64,000 nucleotides of DNA, from assembly GCA_000934665.2 (NCBI GenBank), contig JYFJ02001692.1:1-64000 (forward strand), written 5' to 3'. Under the pieces are notes generated by a model. The model was not told the DNA's origin. It saw only the letters and a program-made list of their open reading frames with translations, and ran no database searches. The DNA is from Catajapyx aquilonaris. Its lineage: Eukaryota. This document shows, piece after piece, positions 52,671-64,000 of this stretch (its first letter is position 1; each line of letters starts with the position of its first letter). The translations under genes were made by a program, and so were the position numbers.

Positions 52671-52737
52671 GAAGGACCGTGAGGTCAGCGGAGAAGTAGT
52701 GATTCCCCTGAATGGCACCAACACAGCCAGCATATAA
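52671..52737 (+). CDS. Probable terminal SLC6 exon (KDREVSGEVVIPLNGTNTASI*)
   Basis: tctttcAG acceptor in the matching phase (2); total CDS of 2136 nt is a multiple of 3; AATAAA signals follow at about 53281-53470. Confidence 0.55.
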
Positions 52738-54163
52738 AAAGCCCCATAGGGAGTGGGGCTTTTTTTCCATGGGAGAAGCACGTAGGGTCAAAAGAAGGGG
52801 TAGGCAGGAGGGGGAAACTAAATACATGCATGTGCATCCCGTTAAATCATTCCAGGTATTTTTCCCCTCCCAAAAAGCTTTGCAGGAGAGGTCTCTTCAG
52901 GAGGGGTAACAATGCAGAAAATTAACATGGGGTCACAGGGTGCCTTTTTTGAGGCCACATATTGACCTCTTTTCTGTCGTTATCCAATGAGTACAATCCC
53001 AGCCGTGGATTTGTGAACCTTGTAGACTTGATCTGCATTTAAAGATTGTAGTGTTTTTTTTTCATTTAATCTTTTTGTAACCTTCCCCTGGTGCCTTCGT
53101 ATGGCATTTAGGAAAAGTTAAATCACAGATAACATCTGAAGGTTTTAAAAATAGACCAATTACATGCAAGGAGGGTGATATTAATCAGTATTTAAGTCTG
53201 TTGCCTTTCACTTTAGGGATTTAAAGATTTCTTAAGGGCCCTGAAGTGTGGGAACCAGATAATAAGCTAGCATATAGGCGAATAAAAAGAACTTTTTTTC
53301 CCCCCCTTTTTTCTCTAATAAAATGCTTTTGTTTGCACTGGTAGGTAGGTTAGTGACTTTTTGTTATGTGTTTGTGTAATTTTAACTGACAAGATTTTGG
53401 TGGTGGTGGTGGTGGTTCAGGTGATGATCACCGTTTTTAGGTGATCACTTTATTGTACTAGTGAATCTAATAAAGAGGTTCCATATTCAGAGATTTTGTG
53501 TACCATTATTATACGAAGACCTTAGGGGAAGAACAGTACACATATACACATCGTAGACAATATTATAGGTTTTTATTCTGATAATCCTGTTATGTGGTTC
53601 AGTCCATACCACTTACAAACATTATTGCCTAATGTGTGAATTTCCCTTGGGCATGTGGCCCATTGATTGTGGAGGAACCGTAATATTGACGAACAGTCAA
53701 CACATCAGTTACAACACATCAGTAGACAACATAATTTTTCAACACCTCCATTGCATACATTTCCATTATTACATGGCTCAATGGCCTGATCAAACCATAG
53801 CCATAAAGGTCATGATCACTACTTATTTACATGACACAGTCATGCCTTCAAGCAGTTTACAGGTGTCTGCTGGGCAAGTTTGGCCAAGTCAATTTGTAAG
53901 TCGCAAAATGCAGTAAATTGTGTCCGGTTCATTGTTCTGAAGATCACAATCGACTAGTCGGAGTTAACCTTCAGAGAAGAACATTCGTAACAAAACATGC
54001 CATATTTCACACCCGGTTTTTATAAAGTTGTCATTAAAGACACGCCTGATGAATCTGTTTCTTAGAAATCCGTTATTTACTATTAGCCAGCCTACACATC
54101 CTATTAATTACTATGTTGTACCACATTAATGGAAATAAAACTACTACTACTACATTCTATTAA

Positions 54164-54704
54164 CCCTTACCTACGTAGGTGGCCGAAACACCTTTAACTA
54201 CGTAGGTGGAGCCTGAGCTGCAATGGTACATTTAAATCTCTGCTTATCAGCTATATTGTTATATTGGACTTTTCACATACAGGAAGTCCAGTTCAGATAA
54301 TTAGGCTTCCGAAAACATAAAAATCACATGCTGAGTCAGAATATTCCGACAGAAAAAAATTCGTAACGGGGAACAGGTCCCACCTTGGAGCCGCTCAGGC
54401 TCCACCTACGTAGTAAAGGGTGCTGTCGTTTCCCCTATCTCTGCGGAGAGCGTCTGAATAGGGAAAACGACAGCACCCTTTACTACGTAGGTGGAGCCTG
54501 AGTGGCTTCAAGGTGGGAGCTGTTCCTCGTTACGAATTTTTTTCAGCCAAAGAATGGTGACTAAAATTTTTTCTTCTTTTCATGCTTAGGAAGGTTTTTG
54601 TGACAAAGTCAAGGAAGGACAGGGGGGGAAAATATTTAATTAAGAAGTTACATGCGTTTAAATAGTGGTTGGAGCCTCTCAGGCTCCACCTACTTAGTTA
54701 AGGG
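54164..54704. mobile_element. piggyBac-like MITE, copy 1
   Basis: TTAA|CCCTT...AAGGG|TTAA; CTACGTAGGTGG motif repeated internally. Confidence 0.85.
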
Positions 54705-54853
54705 TTAATTACAGTTGACTCCGGATATAACAGCCTCTGTTATAATGGACTTAGGTTATGACAGACTCGAAAGGCCTGTCCGCCACCCTACTTCCATAAG
54801 GCTCTGTGTATTTTTACTCCTGATATAACTGATGGCTGACCTGGTAGACTTAA

Positions 54854-55324
54854 CCCTTAACTACGTAGGTGGGCGAAACACCTTTAACTACGTAGGTGGA
54901 GCCTGAGAGGCTCCAACGGTTTATTTAAATTGATGCTTATCAACTAAATTGTTATATTGGACTTTTCACATACAGAAAGTGCAGTTCAGATCATTAGGCT
55001 TCCGAAAACGTAAAAATCACACGCTGAGTCAGCATATTCCGACTGGGAAAATTTTTTAATTAAAAGGTTACATCAACAACTTTGAGCCACTCTGGCTTCA
55101 CCTGCATAGGGATAGCCTGAGTGGTTAGAGGGACCTGTTCCTCGTTACGAATTTTTCTTAAACCAAAGAATAGGGACTAAAAAATTTTTTCTTTCCTTTT
55201 CATGCTTAGGAAGGTTTTTCTGACAAAGTCACGGAAGGAGAGTGGAAAATAAAATTCAATGAAAAAGTTACATGCGTTTAAATAGTGCTTGGAGCCTCTC
55301 AGGCTCCACCTACGTAGTTAAGGG
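54854..55324. mobile_element. piggyBac-like MITE, copy 2
   Basis: TTAA TSD and CCCTTAACTACGTAGGTGG TIRs; colinear with copy 1. Confidence 0.85.
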
Positions 55325-56612
55325 TTAATATCTAGACCTTGAGTATAATGGCCAGGTGTCAAGATAGTGATAGCCATGGCAGAAAAACAATAAAGTAGGG
55401 ACCCCATCGCGCCATCGGTATTAGGAAGGCAGGCCTAACTGATGTGAGATAAAGCCACTCAAAAGCCTGTTGTCAGGAAATTTGAGTGATCATTATTTTT
55501 ATTTTGCAAGTATTCGTCACATACAAGAATAGGCTTTGGCCGTTACACACAATAAACACATGACTCATGTAAACAAGTTTCCAGGAGTCATGATTGGTCC
55601 ACGGCGTCAACGCGACCAAAGACCAAAACCGTCGAGGCCTGTGTGAATGGGCGGCACGCCTTAAGGGTAGGCCTACCTCTTATAAAAATTCAAATGTTCA
55701 AAAGTGGACCATTACTGTGCCCATGTCTCCCCTACCCAAGGCATTGAAAGGGACGCAACATTGCACCTGCTCTTTTCTGACCTCAACAACAAATACGTGA
55801 CAACAGTGACCGCAGAAATCAGCAGAACGAGTAATTTGAGCTTCAGGTCTGCTACCATACTCGGCTCACATACAGTACTGTATATATAACCGCTATTCAT
55901 CTTGTTAGCCACAATGCTTTTTCCGGCCCATTTGTTCCAATATGGCAGCATCCAGGCATCCAGGGGCGTGTTCCATCCGGTTCCATCCGTAGGTTCCATC
56001 TTCTGGATGAAGCTCTGGACCGGTGAGATAGGCTGGTTGTGCCTGCCTGATGGGTGCCTGATCGCCGCGGCGATGCTGGCCCATCGACGTGCTGGCCAGT
56101 GCTCTGGCCAGGCGGTTGTGATACGACGACAAATCTGGTGGATCTGACATGTGTCATGGTTAGGTTACAGACCACTGTTTATAACATGGTTTGTAGTTAG
56201 TAGTAGAGATTCGTGTCGTGTTCCACCTGAAGATAGGACTGAAGTGTATGAGTGCAGTTGGTAGAATGTGACACTGCCTGAAGGTAAATTCTGCGTTTAC
56301 TTGCTAGGCCATGAGCCAGGCCCTCAAATTTAGGTGATGGTACCACTTGGTGGGACTGGTTCTAATATGATTTTTTAGCAAGGTATGGATGCCTAGAGAT
56401 GGAAAGTAGGTGATAGCAAGTCATAACTCTTACCCTTCTGTCTGAAATTATTGGATTAATAACCATAGCCGAAAAAATCTTGGTTTTCATATTTTTCGCA
56501 AATATCGCACAAATTCATCATAATATTTGGACAAATAAATCTCATTATACTTGACTAAGTTAATTCAATGTCTGTTTAAACTAATTTAATTATTACATTT
56601 AAATATAATACT

Positions 56613-57335
56613 ACACCCTGTGATATTGGGCCTTTTAGGGGATCATAATTCATACCCCGTTATCAGCCGCTCTTTAGGGGGGAGTTCATCCCAATTTTGT
56701 TTTGACTGGAACTCTTTGCTTTCATTTACTATGCTTTTTGAGATAGGATAGGGACGGAAGGAAGTGGCTGTGGCCTATTATCTGCACTGTAAACCGCAAA
56801 ACATTAAAAGAGCATCACTGGTGAGTCTCTCATGGAACATCAATTTTTAATGCTCTTGTGATGCTCCAGTGATGCTTTTTTGTTGCTAAAAAGCATCATA
56901 AGAGCATTAGAAGAGCATTAAAAATTGATGTTCCATGAGAGACTCACCAGTGATGCTCTTTTAATGCTTTGCGGTTTACAGTGTAGGAAGCAATCCCGGA
57001 ATTCTCCTGGGGGACCGTGGGAAACCACAGAAAACCACGGTTAGGATTTCCGGCCCCGGGACTCGAACCCAGGACCTCCCGATTAGCAGTCGAACACCTT
57101 ATCCACTCCACCAAACTGCTTCGGGCTACCTATTAGGGGATCATCTTATATTTAATCAACTTTAATCATTTTCCTGTGCTGTGATGGATTTTTGATTGTG
57201 GAAGGAAACAGGAGAGCCCCGAGAAAACCCACACGAACACGGAGAGAACCCATTGGCACTCTATCCACATAAGTATCCTTCTGTCCGACCCGGGGATCGA
57301 ACTTGGTGCCTCAGAGGTGGAAGACATGCTTTAGC
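56613..57335 (-). mobile_element. Nested insertions: SINE C containing SINE A (56647-57132) containing a CACTG-ended MITE (56785-56983)
   Basis: 12-bp TSD TTAGGGGATCAT at 56635 and 57133; the MITE has TIRs of about 70 bp starting CACTGTAAACCGC. Confidence 0.82.
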
Positions 57336-57393
57336 AACATATTTGCAGAAAAACGTCACCCCTGCTGAAGAAGTACCTGTAAATTGAGCCACG

Positions 57394-59665
57394 GTGATTG
57401 ATGGTATGGTCCTTGTTCAGAGAGTAACAGGAGAAGAGTCAAACTTTGGTGAAGTGGCTATGTCTGTCTTGTCCATGGCTTTGCAGGAAGGAAGTAGGAG
57501 TCAAAGAATAGATGTGGTGTTTGACACATACAATGAGATATCTATAAAGAACAGCGAAAGGATAAGCAGAGGGGAAGAACTTGTTACAGAGCATTTCATC
57601 TCCCCAGATTGTCAGAGAAGCTACGTAAGGAATAAAACAGCTCTCATCGCCTTTCTTGTTAACGAATGGATGAAACCAGAGTATTTTGTAAAACTGAAGA
57701 ATAAAACACTGTTCACAAACTGTGAAAATAAATGCTACATAATCACATCTGAAGGAAGCCACGAAGTGCCCGGTCTTAACAGTACACACGAAGAAGCTGA
57801 TGGTTGTTTGTTGCTGCATGCTGCTCACGCTGCTAATGATGGTTATGAGGCAGTCATGATAAGCTCAGATGACACCGATGTGTTTATTATGTGTTTGGGG
57901 TTCCACGACAGAATCATCGTAAAATTGTTTCTGAAATGTGGTACTAAAATACGGATGAGAGTTCTTGACATTGGGAAAATAGCCTAAACTAATGGTGAAA
58001 ATGTTTGTCGAGTTGTGATAGGTCTCCATACGTTTACCGGATGTGACACAGTAAGCGCATTTGCGGGAAGAGGAAAAGTATTCAAAATCCTGACTATTTG
58101 GAATTTATTGGACCGACCAAGCCATTAAGGCCCAACAGCCCATTCACTCAACATTTACAACAAAATTAATACAGAACAAAACATCAACTTGGCATGCCAG
58201 AAGCATCTGCCGCATGGCCGCCTCCACGTTTGGCTGCCACCAATCATCCAGACCACACCAGTCATCAGTCCGTCATAAGCTCAGATCACCAATCAACAGT
58301 CCATCATATAGTTCAGACCACCAGTCATCAGTCCATCATAGTTAAAACCACCAGTCATCAGTCCATTATAATTCAACCATCTAAGCATTTAGGAATGATA
58401 ATACCTTGTCTGCCGTTAGGCAAAAGGTATTGAACTCCGTAAAAAGACAGGTGACGAAGGCCGTCCTTGGGCACGGCCAACCCAGACCTCGTGACACGGC
58501 CGCACAAAGTAGGGGACCCCTGGCAGCCAGCACCTCCTGGATAGTGCAATGCCATAACACATGAGCAGCATCCTGACGACCTCCGTTGCACGGGCATAGG
58601 GCGTCCTCCTCCGTCCTCCCTTTCAGCCTAAACCGAGCGAGGTAAGCCAGGAAAGGGCCATGACCGGATATCATCCTACCCACATGTCCATGGAGGGCGA
58701 CTAGATATACTGAAGTGGACGGAGTTTCCCAAGGGGGTGGACCTGTTCATCTTCACGGACGGGTCGGTCACGAGGGGCTACAAAGCTGGGGGGGCAATGG
58801 TATGCATCAATGGGAGAGGGGAAGAGCTGTTCGTTAGACGTGTCCCGTTCCTAGTGACGGCGGGTATATACGAGGTGGAGTTGGACATGTTGGAGAGGGC
58901 CATTGAGACGCTGGCGGAGATGCAACTTCCGGGAGGCAGCGTGACGTGGATTGTGTCCGACTCTCTGTCGGCCCTGCAGACTTTAGCAGACCCCAGACTC
59001 TCATCAATGGTGGCGGCCAGGACGAGGGAGGTACTGCGTTCCATTTCGGCGGAGGTGACGCTATGTTGGGTCAAGGGGCATGATGGAGTCCTAGGAAACG
59101 AGTGAGCGGACACCGAAGCGCGCCGAGCGGCGGATCTGGTGGTGGGGCGGGCTTTCCTGCCAGAGACCGGAGCAGCGGTAAGGAGGAGGTGTTGGCGCCG
59201 ATCCCTGACGGACTGGCAGACGAGGTGGGCGGCGGACAGAGGGGATTGGTGCCATGCCTTTCTTCCAGAGGTGGAGTATAACCGTCAAAATCCTGACTGT
59301 CAACAGACATACACAGGAAACTTTTTCGCAGCTCAGAGATGAATGGGATCTCTCTGAAGAACTAATGGACAAATTGGAGCAATTCACGTGCTCACTGTAT
59401 GCACCAATATCTTTGGTCCATCACATGAATGACTTGAGATATCACCTATTCTGCACAAAGAAGGGTGAGATAGACAGTCATCAACTGCCACCTTGCATGG
59501 ACTGTTTGAAGAAACATGCCAAACATGGGGACTATAAAGCCGCTGTAAGCAAGAGATGTCTTCTGAATGATCCACAGACACCTAGTGCAATTGGGAGAGG
59601 GTGGAAGGTGGAAAAACATGATGATGGATCAGATCAACTGGTAGTAGACTGGATGGAGGGGCACC
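57394..59665 (+). pseudogene. Decayed XPG/FEN-like nuclease region of an Academ-like DNA transposon, split by a retroelement
   Basis: IDG, DVVFD.Y, HEEAD..L..HA, SDDTDV and GCDTVSAFAGRGK motifs; in-frame stop at 57985; the frame resumes after the TSD at 59298 (LEQFTCSLY...LPPC...GWK). Confidence 0.72.
58096..59284. mobile_element. 5'-truncated, 5'-inverted non-LTR retrotransposon fragment (RNase H plus C-terminal Cys/His motif; R1/LOA/I-group-like)
   Basis: 14-bp TSD TCAAAATCCTGACT; RNase H motifs FTDGS, E, SDS, WVKGH.G..GNE*AD on plus; ISGHG.F..YL.RF...CPC...HVLWHC on minus. Confidence 0.88.
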
Positions 59666-60545
59666 TCAGGCTATTAAGGAATTCGGATGCCCAAGCCTAT
59701 AGGGCCCATGCAGCCCCTCTGTTTCAATTTATTAAAAACAGAGATGAAATAATACAATTTCAGTGAAACGCCATCAGGTCACCACTGCAGTTTCACCTTT
59801 GCAGTTTCTAGCCCCCTTTGACTGCATGTTACTCTTCTTGTTCCGTTTCGGTCGCCACGTTGACCCCTCAATCACGTCTGCTCAAGAGACATCGGGGATT
59901 GATTATTTCCGTTGTCGCCAATCTGTTCCGGGGTTCAGCAGCGACAGCACCCCATCTGCCACTAGGCAGAACCTATTAAATTCAGCCATCAGGTCCATCC
60001 TGCAACACCATGGCTACCTTGGGGGCAGAGTGTCATGTGCTTTATAAAGGACTAGCAGGATACCTGTTCTTCGCACGGGATCTGATGAATGAATTGAATG
60101 AATGGTCAGAGCTGGTAAAACCAGCATATTCAGTGAGCTAACTTTGTGCTCACTGGAGCGATAGCTTTGAACATGCTTCACATAAGCAAGACTTGCTGTG
60201 GCCTGAATAAGTGTGTGCACCAGCCAGTAATTTATGAAATTACCCAATGTATTCAACACAACTGACATTTTGTTGTACCTGCTACATCAAAGTTCTGGAT
60301 GTAATGAAGGTAGAATCGCATCGTACCCAATTTTGAATTGTGATCAAAAAGTAGCCAAATATTTATCTATATCTATGATTGAATTTGTTTGCGGATTTGT
60401 TTGTGGCTTCACTATAGAAATCCAGGGGAATGCCCCTGCACCGCCTTAAGCTAGCTCATCGGGGGTTACTTTTTTCAAGGAATTTAATGGCACATGTTTC
60501 AGCTGCTGAAAATGAGCCTAACTCCGCATATTCCCGATTCCTCTC

Positions 60546-60594
<49 letters not shown>

Positions 60595-61544
60595 AACCCT
60601 CAACAATGTCCAAATGAACAATATTAACATATCAACATCAATAACAATAACCAACCATTACTATTTTTCAAATTTACCAATCCCATGGAGATGACCTTGT
60701 GCATAAATACCTAGCATATTAAATCAGGGGTTTGGCAGCATTGCATCTATATATCTTGGGCGTCTCTTTTTTACACGTCCCCGTAAAGTCAACGCATCCG
60801 CCAATTATGCTAATTGGCCACCTCACATGAGTTCGTATCCTATGGTCATTCCGGGATTTTGTGAGATTTGAAAGTAGACTTCCAGACACAAATAAATACA
60901 AAAAAAAACGCTGATTACAAAAATTACTCAGTGTTGAAAACAAAATTTCCCACCAGGCATCTGTACGTACATTTCTAAAGTTCTTCAGGGCGAATCCCGG
61001 TGCCGGCAACTCTAACCGTGGTTTTCTGTGGTTTCCCACGGTTCTTCCAGGAGAATTCCGGAGTTGTTTCCTAAACTAATAGGCCACAGCCGCCTCCTTC
61101 CTTTCCTATCCTATCCCGAAAAGCGCAGTAAAAACGAAACGAAGAGTTCCAGTCAAAAAAAAAAAAAATCCCCCCTAAAGAGCCGCCGGCTGATAACGGG
61201 GTATTATAATTATAAGTTCTTCATGGCAAACATAATTATGGAACGAGGTGGGGGTGTGAGGTGGGGTTAGTTGGGGGGTCAAGGGGTCAAAAGTGCAGGG
61301 GAAAAAAAACATGGCAGTGCAGTCTTTTCCTGGGCCAACTCTATCTGCATTCCTCTTTTTACACGTCCAACCAGCATATCTGTGTCGACTACGCTATAAC
61401 CAAAGCAGGGAATCTATCACAGATAGTGACAAACTTTGGCTTATTGTAACTTACATGTATAAGGCCTATTTTAAGGCATCTTGAGTTTCGAGTGTATGGA
61501 ACGCAAATTTTACAAACAAACTTCCTAAATTATATATAATATAA

Positions 61545-62611
61545 CTAGCAGGTTACCCGGCGTTGCCCGGGTATGTTGGGGTGCTGGTAAAGATAGGGGT
61601 ACACATCTGTGATAGATTACCTGCTTGTCTTATAGCGTACAGTCGACACGGATATTCTGATAGGATGTGTAAAAGGAGGAATGCGGATGGAGTAGGCCCA
61701 GGAAAAGACTGCACAGCCATGTGTTTTTTCCCCTGCATTTTTGACCACTTGACCCCCCCCCCCCCAACCCCACTTCACACCCCCACCTCGTTCCATATGT
61801 TTGCTCTGAAGAACTTTAGAAATGTACGTACAGATGTATGATGGGAAATTTGGTTTTCAACACGGAGTAATATTTAGCAAAATAATACTGTATTACTTAA
61901 TTGTATTCACTTTGTCTGGAAGTCTATTTTCAAATCCCACAAAATCCCGGAATTACCATAAGATACGAAGTCACGTGAGGTGGCCAATGTACGTAATTGG
62001 TGGATGCGCTGAATTTACGGAGATGGTTTAATTTGCTAGGTATTGTGGCGTAAGGGCATTTCCTAGGGGAGACAAAGTGGCGCTGCGGAAACGTATGCTC
62101 CCACGGATGTTAAGGTCCCGGGTTCGATCCCAGCCCGGGGTTCCCTCCTTCATCCCGTGCAGAGTTGGGTCGTCTCTGGCTTCGTTTCGGGTGGAATCTC
62201 CTCATGAGTTCACAAATTATACCGTTTGAGAATTGCACTTGCACCTTGCACATCACCTCCCAGTCACCCTGCCCGTGGGCCCGGGTGCTACGTCAAAAAG
62301 GTTCCATCAAGACGAAATAAAGGTTCCCTCCCTGCGGTACGATGCGGGGAGGTAAATAGCTAAAAAAGATAGGCATTTCCATGGGAATGCAAATTGATTT
62401 ATTGTTATTGTTGTAAGTGAATTGTTGAGGCAGGAATATGCGTGTTGTGGGAGTTAGGTACATTTTCGGAAGCTGAAACATGCGGCGTTAGATTCCTTGG
62501 AAAAAGTAACCCCCGATATGCTAATTTAAGGCGGTGTAGGGGCCTTCCCCTGGATTTCTATAAGGGACAAACATCCAAACTGACAAACTTCCTTATTTAT
62601 AGATATAGAGA
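61545..62611 (-). mobile_element. Non-autonomous Helitron of the same family, with SINE D inserted at about 62065-62370
   Basis: TC...hairpin-CTAG on the minus strand; GGCATTTCC TSD around the SINE. Confidence 0.78.
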
Positions 62612-62615
62612 TATA

Positions 62616-62921
62616 CTAGCAGGTTACCCGGTGTTGCCCGGGTATGTTATGGTGGTAGGCTTACAATGTAATGAGGGCATTACCATGGAAATCTATGAAT
62701 ATTGTTAAATAGGTAATTGATAATTGGTTAATTGGGAATATGCGTGTTATGGGTGTTAGGTTCATTTTCGGAAGCTGAAACATGCGGCATTAAATTCCTT
62801 GAAAAATGTAACTCCCGATATGCTAATTCAAGGCGGTGTAGGGGCCTTCCCCCGGATTTCTATAAGGGACAAACATCCAAACATCCAAACTGACAAACTT
62901 CCTTATTTATAGAGATAGAGA
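62616..62921 (-). mobile_element. Short Helitron copy in tandem with the previous one
   Basis: Same termini as 61545-62611. Confidence 0.78.
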
Positions 62922-62929
62922 TAATATAA

Positions 62930-63261
62930 TAATCCGGGGTAGTGCTGACCTCATCAGAGGTATGTAGCACGGACCTTTATTTATTTTTGTCGTGTACATT
63001 GGAGCCTTTATACGTAACGCCCGGGCCCACGGGCAGGATGACAGGAGGGGATGTGCAAGGTGCAGTGCAATGTCTTTATGTGGCCATTTTTAGTGAACTC
63101 CCCCGGGTGGTTTAGTCTGTAGGAAATACCACCCGAGACGAAGCCAGAGGTGACCCAATGAACTCTGCACGAGATGAAGGGGGTGTCCCCGGGTTGGGAT
63201 CGAACCCGGGACCTTAACATCCGTGGGCGCGTACGTTACCGCAGCGCCACTTCGCCTCCCT
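62930..63261 (-). mobile_element. SINE family D
   Basis: GTGGCGCTGCGG A-box, GGTTCGATCCC B-box; TSD AACTTCCTAAATTATA at 61519 and 63262. Confidence 0.8.
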
Positions 63262-63834
63262 AACTTCCTAAATTATACGTACCCATATACCTTTATCAGC
63301 ACCCCAACATACCCGGGCAACGCCGGGTAACCTGCTAGTAATATATCATTGCTGGGAAGGGAGAACCAACATGGTACCCAGAGCAAGAGCACATCACAAC
63401 TTGACAAATACCAACAGGCGACAACTCCAAAGCAGGACATCTGCGCCTAACTCATCTGATGCACATTTCTTTCCATGCAGGCATTGGGTAATTTTATAAA
63501 CTACTGGCTGGTGCACACACTTATTCAGGCCACAGCAAGTCTTGCTCATGTGACGCATGTTCAAAGCCATCACTTTAGTGAGCACAGAGTTAGCTCCCTG
63601 AATATGAAGCATGGATATGCAAAAGGGCCCAAGTGCCGATTTATGCGAAAATGAGTTGAGATAATTATACAAATTGTAGGTAAGCCATACATGCATCACA
63701 TGGTGTGGAAGATGAAACCAAATTCATGCAGTATCATGTAAGAAATGGTAGTAGAAATATCGAGGGAAATGCATAAGGGCCCATATGCAGGAATTGGGCC
63801 ATCTCTGAAGACCCTTGACACAGCATGTGAGGAT

Positions 63835-64000
63835 GCTGAAGTTGGTGTGGTGGTTAAGGAACCCGCCTGCTAATCGGGAGGTCCTGGGTTCAAATCCTGG
63901 GGCCGGCAACCCTGACCGTGGTTTTCTGTGGTTTTCCACGGTCCCCCCAGGATAATTCCGGGGTGTTTTCGTATAATAGGCCACAGCCGCCTCCTTCCCT
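63835..64000 (+). mobile_element. SINE family A, 5' part, runs off the window; a 5'-truncated copy lies at 60995-61203
   Basis: TGGTGTGGTGG A-box, GGTTCAAATCC B-box, family A body. Confidence 0.85.

Larger units (their letters stand above)
60366..63338 (+). mobile_element. Non-autonomous Helitron expanded by nested insertions
   Basis: A^TC start; CCCGGGCAACGCCGGG hairpin then CTAG^T end; contains a (TC)n run at 60541-60592, SINEs and two minus-strand Helitrons. Confidence 0.75.

Noticed and set aside
58250..58372. Short repeated ACCAGTCATCAGTCC units, superficially CRISPR-like
   Set aside because: Only 3-4 degenerate tandem units in a retroelement 3' UTR; no unique spacers, eukaryotic context, no cas genes
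63394..63830. Minus-strand ORFs near the window end
   Set aside because: No recognisable motifs or convincing splice structure; the longer adjacent ORF is mostly SINE sequence

Overview
AT-rich, repeat-dense eukaryotic (invertebrate, possibly arthropod) genomic DNA. Three spliced genes could be assembled by hand with consistent intron phases. (1) OCIAD1/asrij on the minus strand: 5 coding exons, 20345->12398, 269 aa. (2) An SLC6 Na+/Cl--dependent amino-acid transporter, glycine-transporter-like, on the plus strand and head-to-head with OCIAD1: 11 coding exons, 21435->52737, about 711 aa; the first and last exons are inferred. (3) An intact two-exon mitochondrial phenylalanyl-tRNA synthetase gene (FARS2, 29729-32496, 439 aa) nested on the SAME strand inside an SLC6 intron. 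The remainder is transposon-derived: at least four tRNA-headed SINE families, most copies sharing a structured 3' tail; many MITEs and foldback elements (Tc1/mariner, piggyBac-like, hAT, Harbinger-like, CACTG-type); non-autonomous Helitrons nested in one another; and a decayed XPG-nuclease (Academ-like) transposon ORF interrupted by an RNase H-bearing non-LTR fragment with a twin-priming-type 5' inversion. Everything was read by eye and no searches were run.
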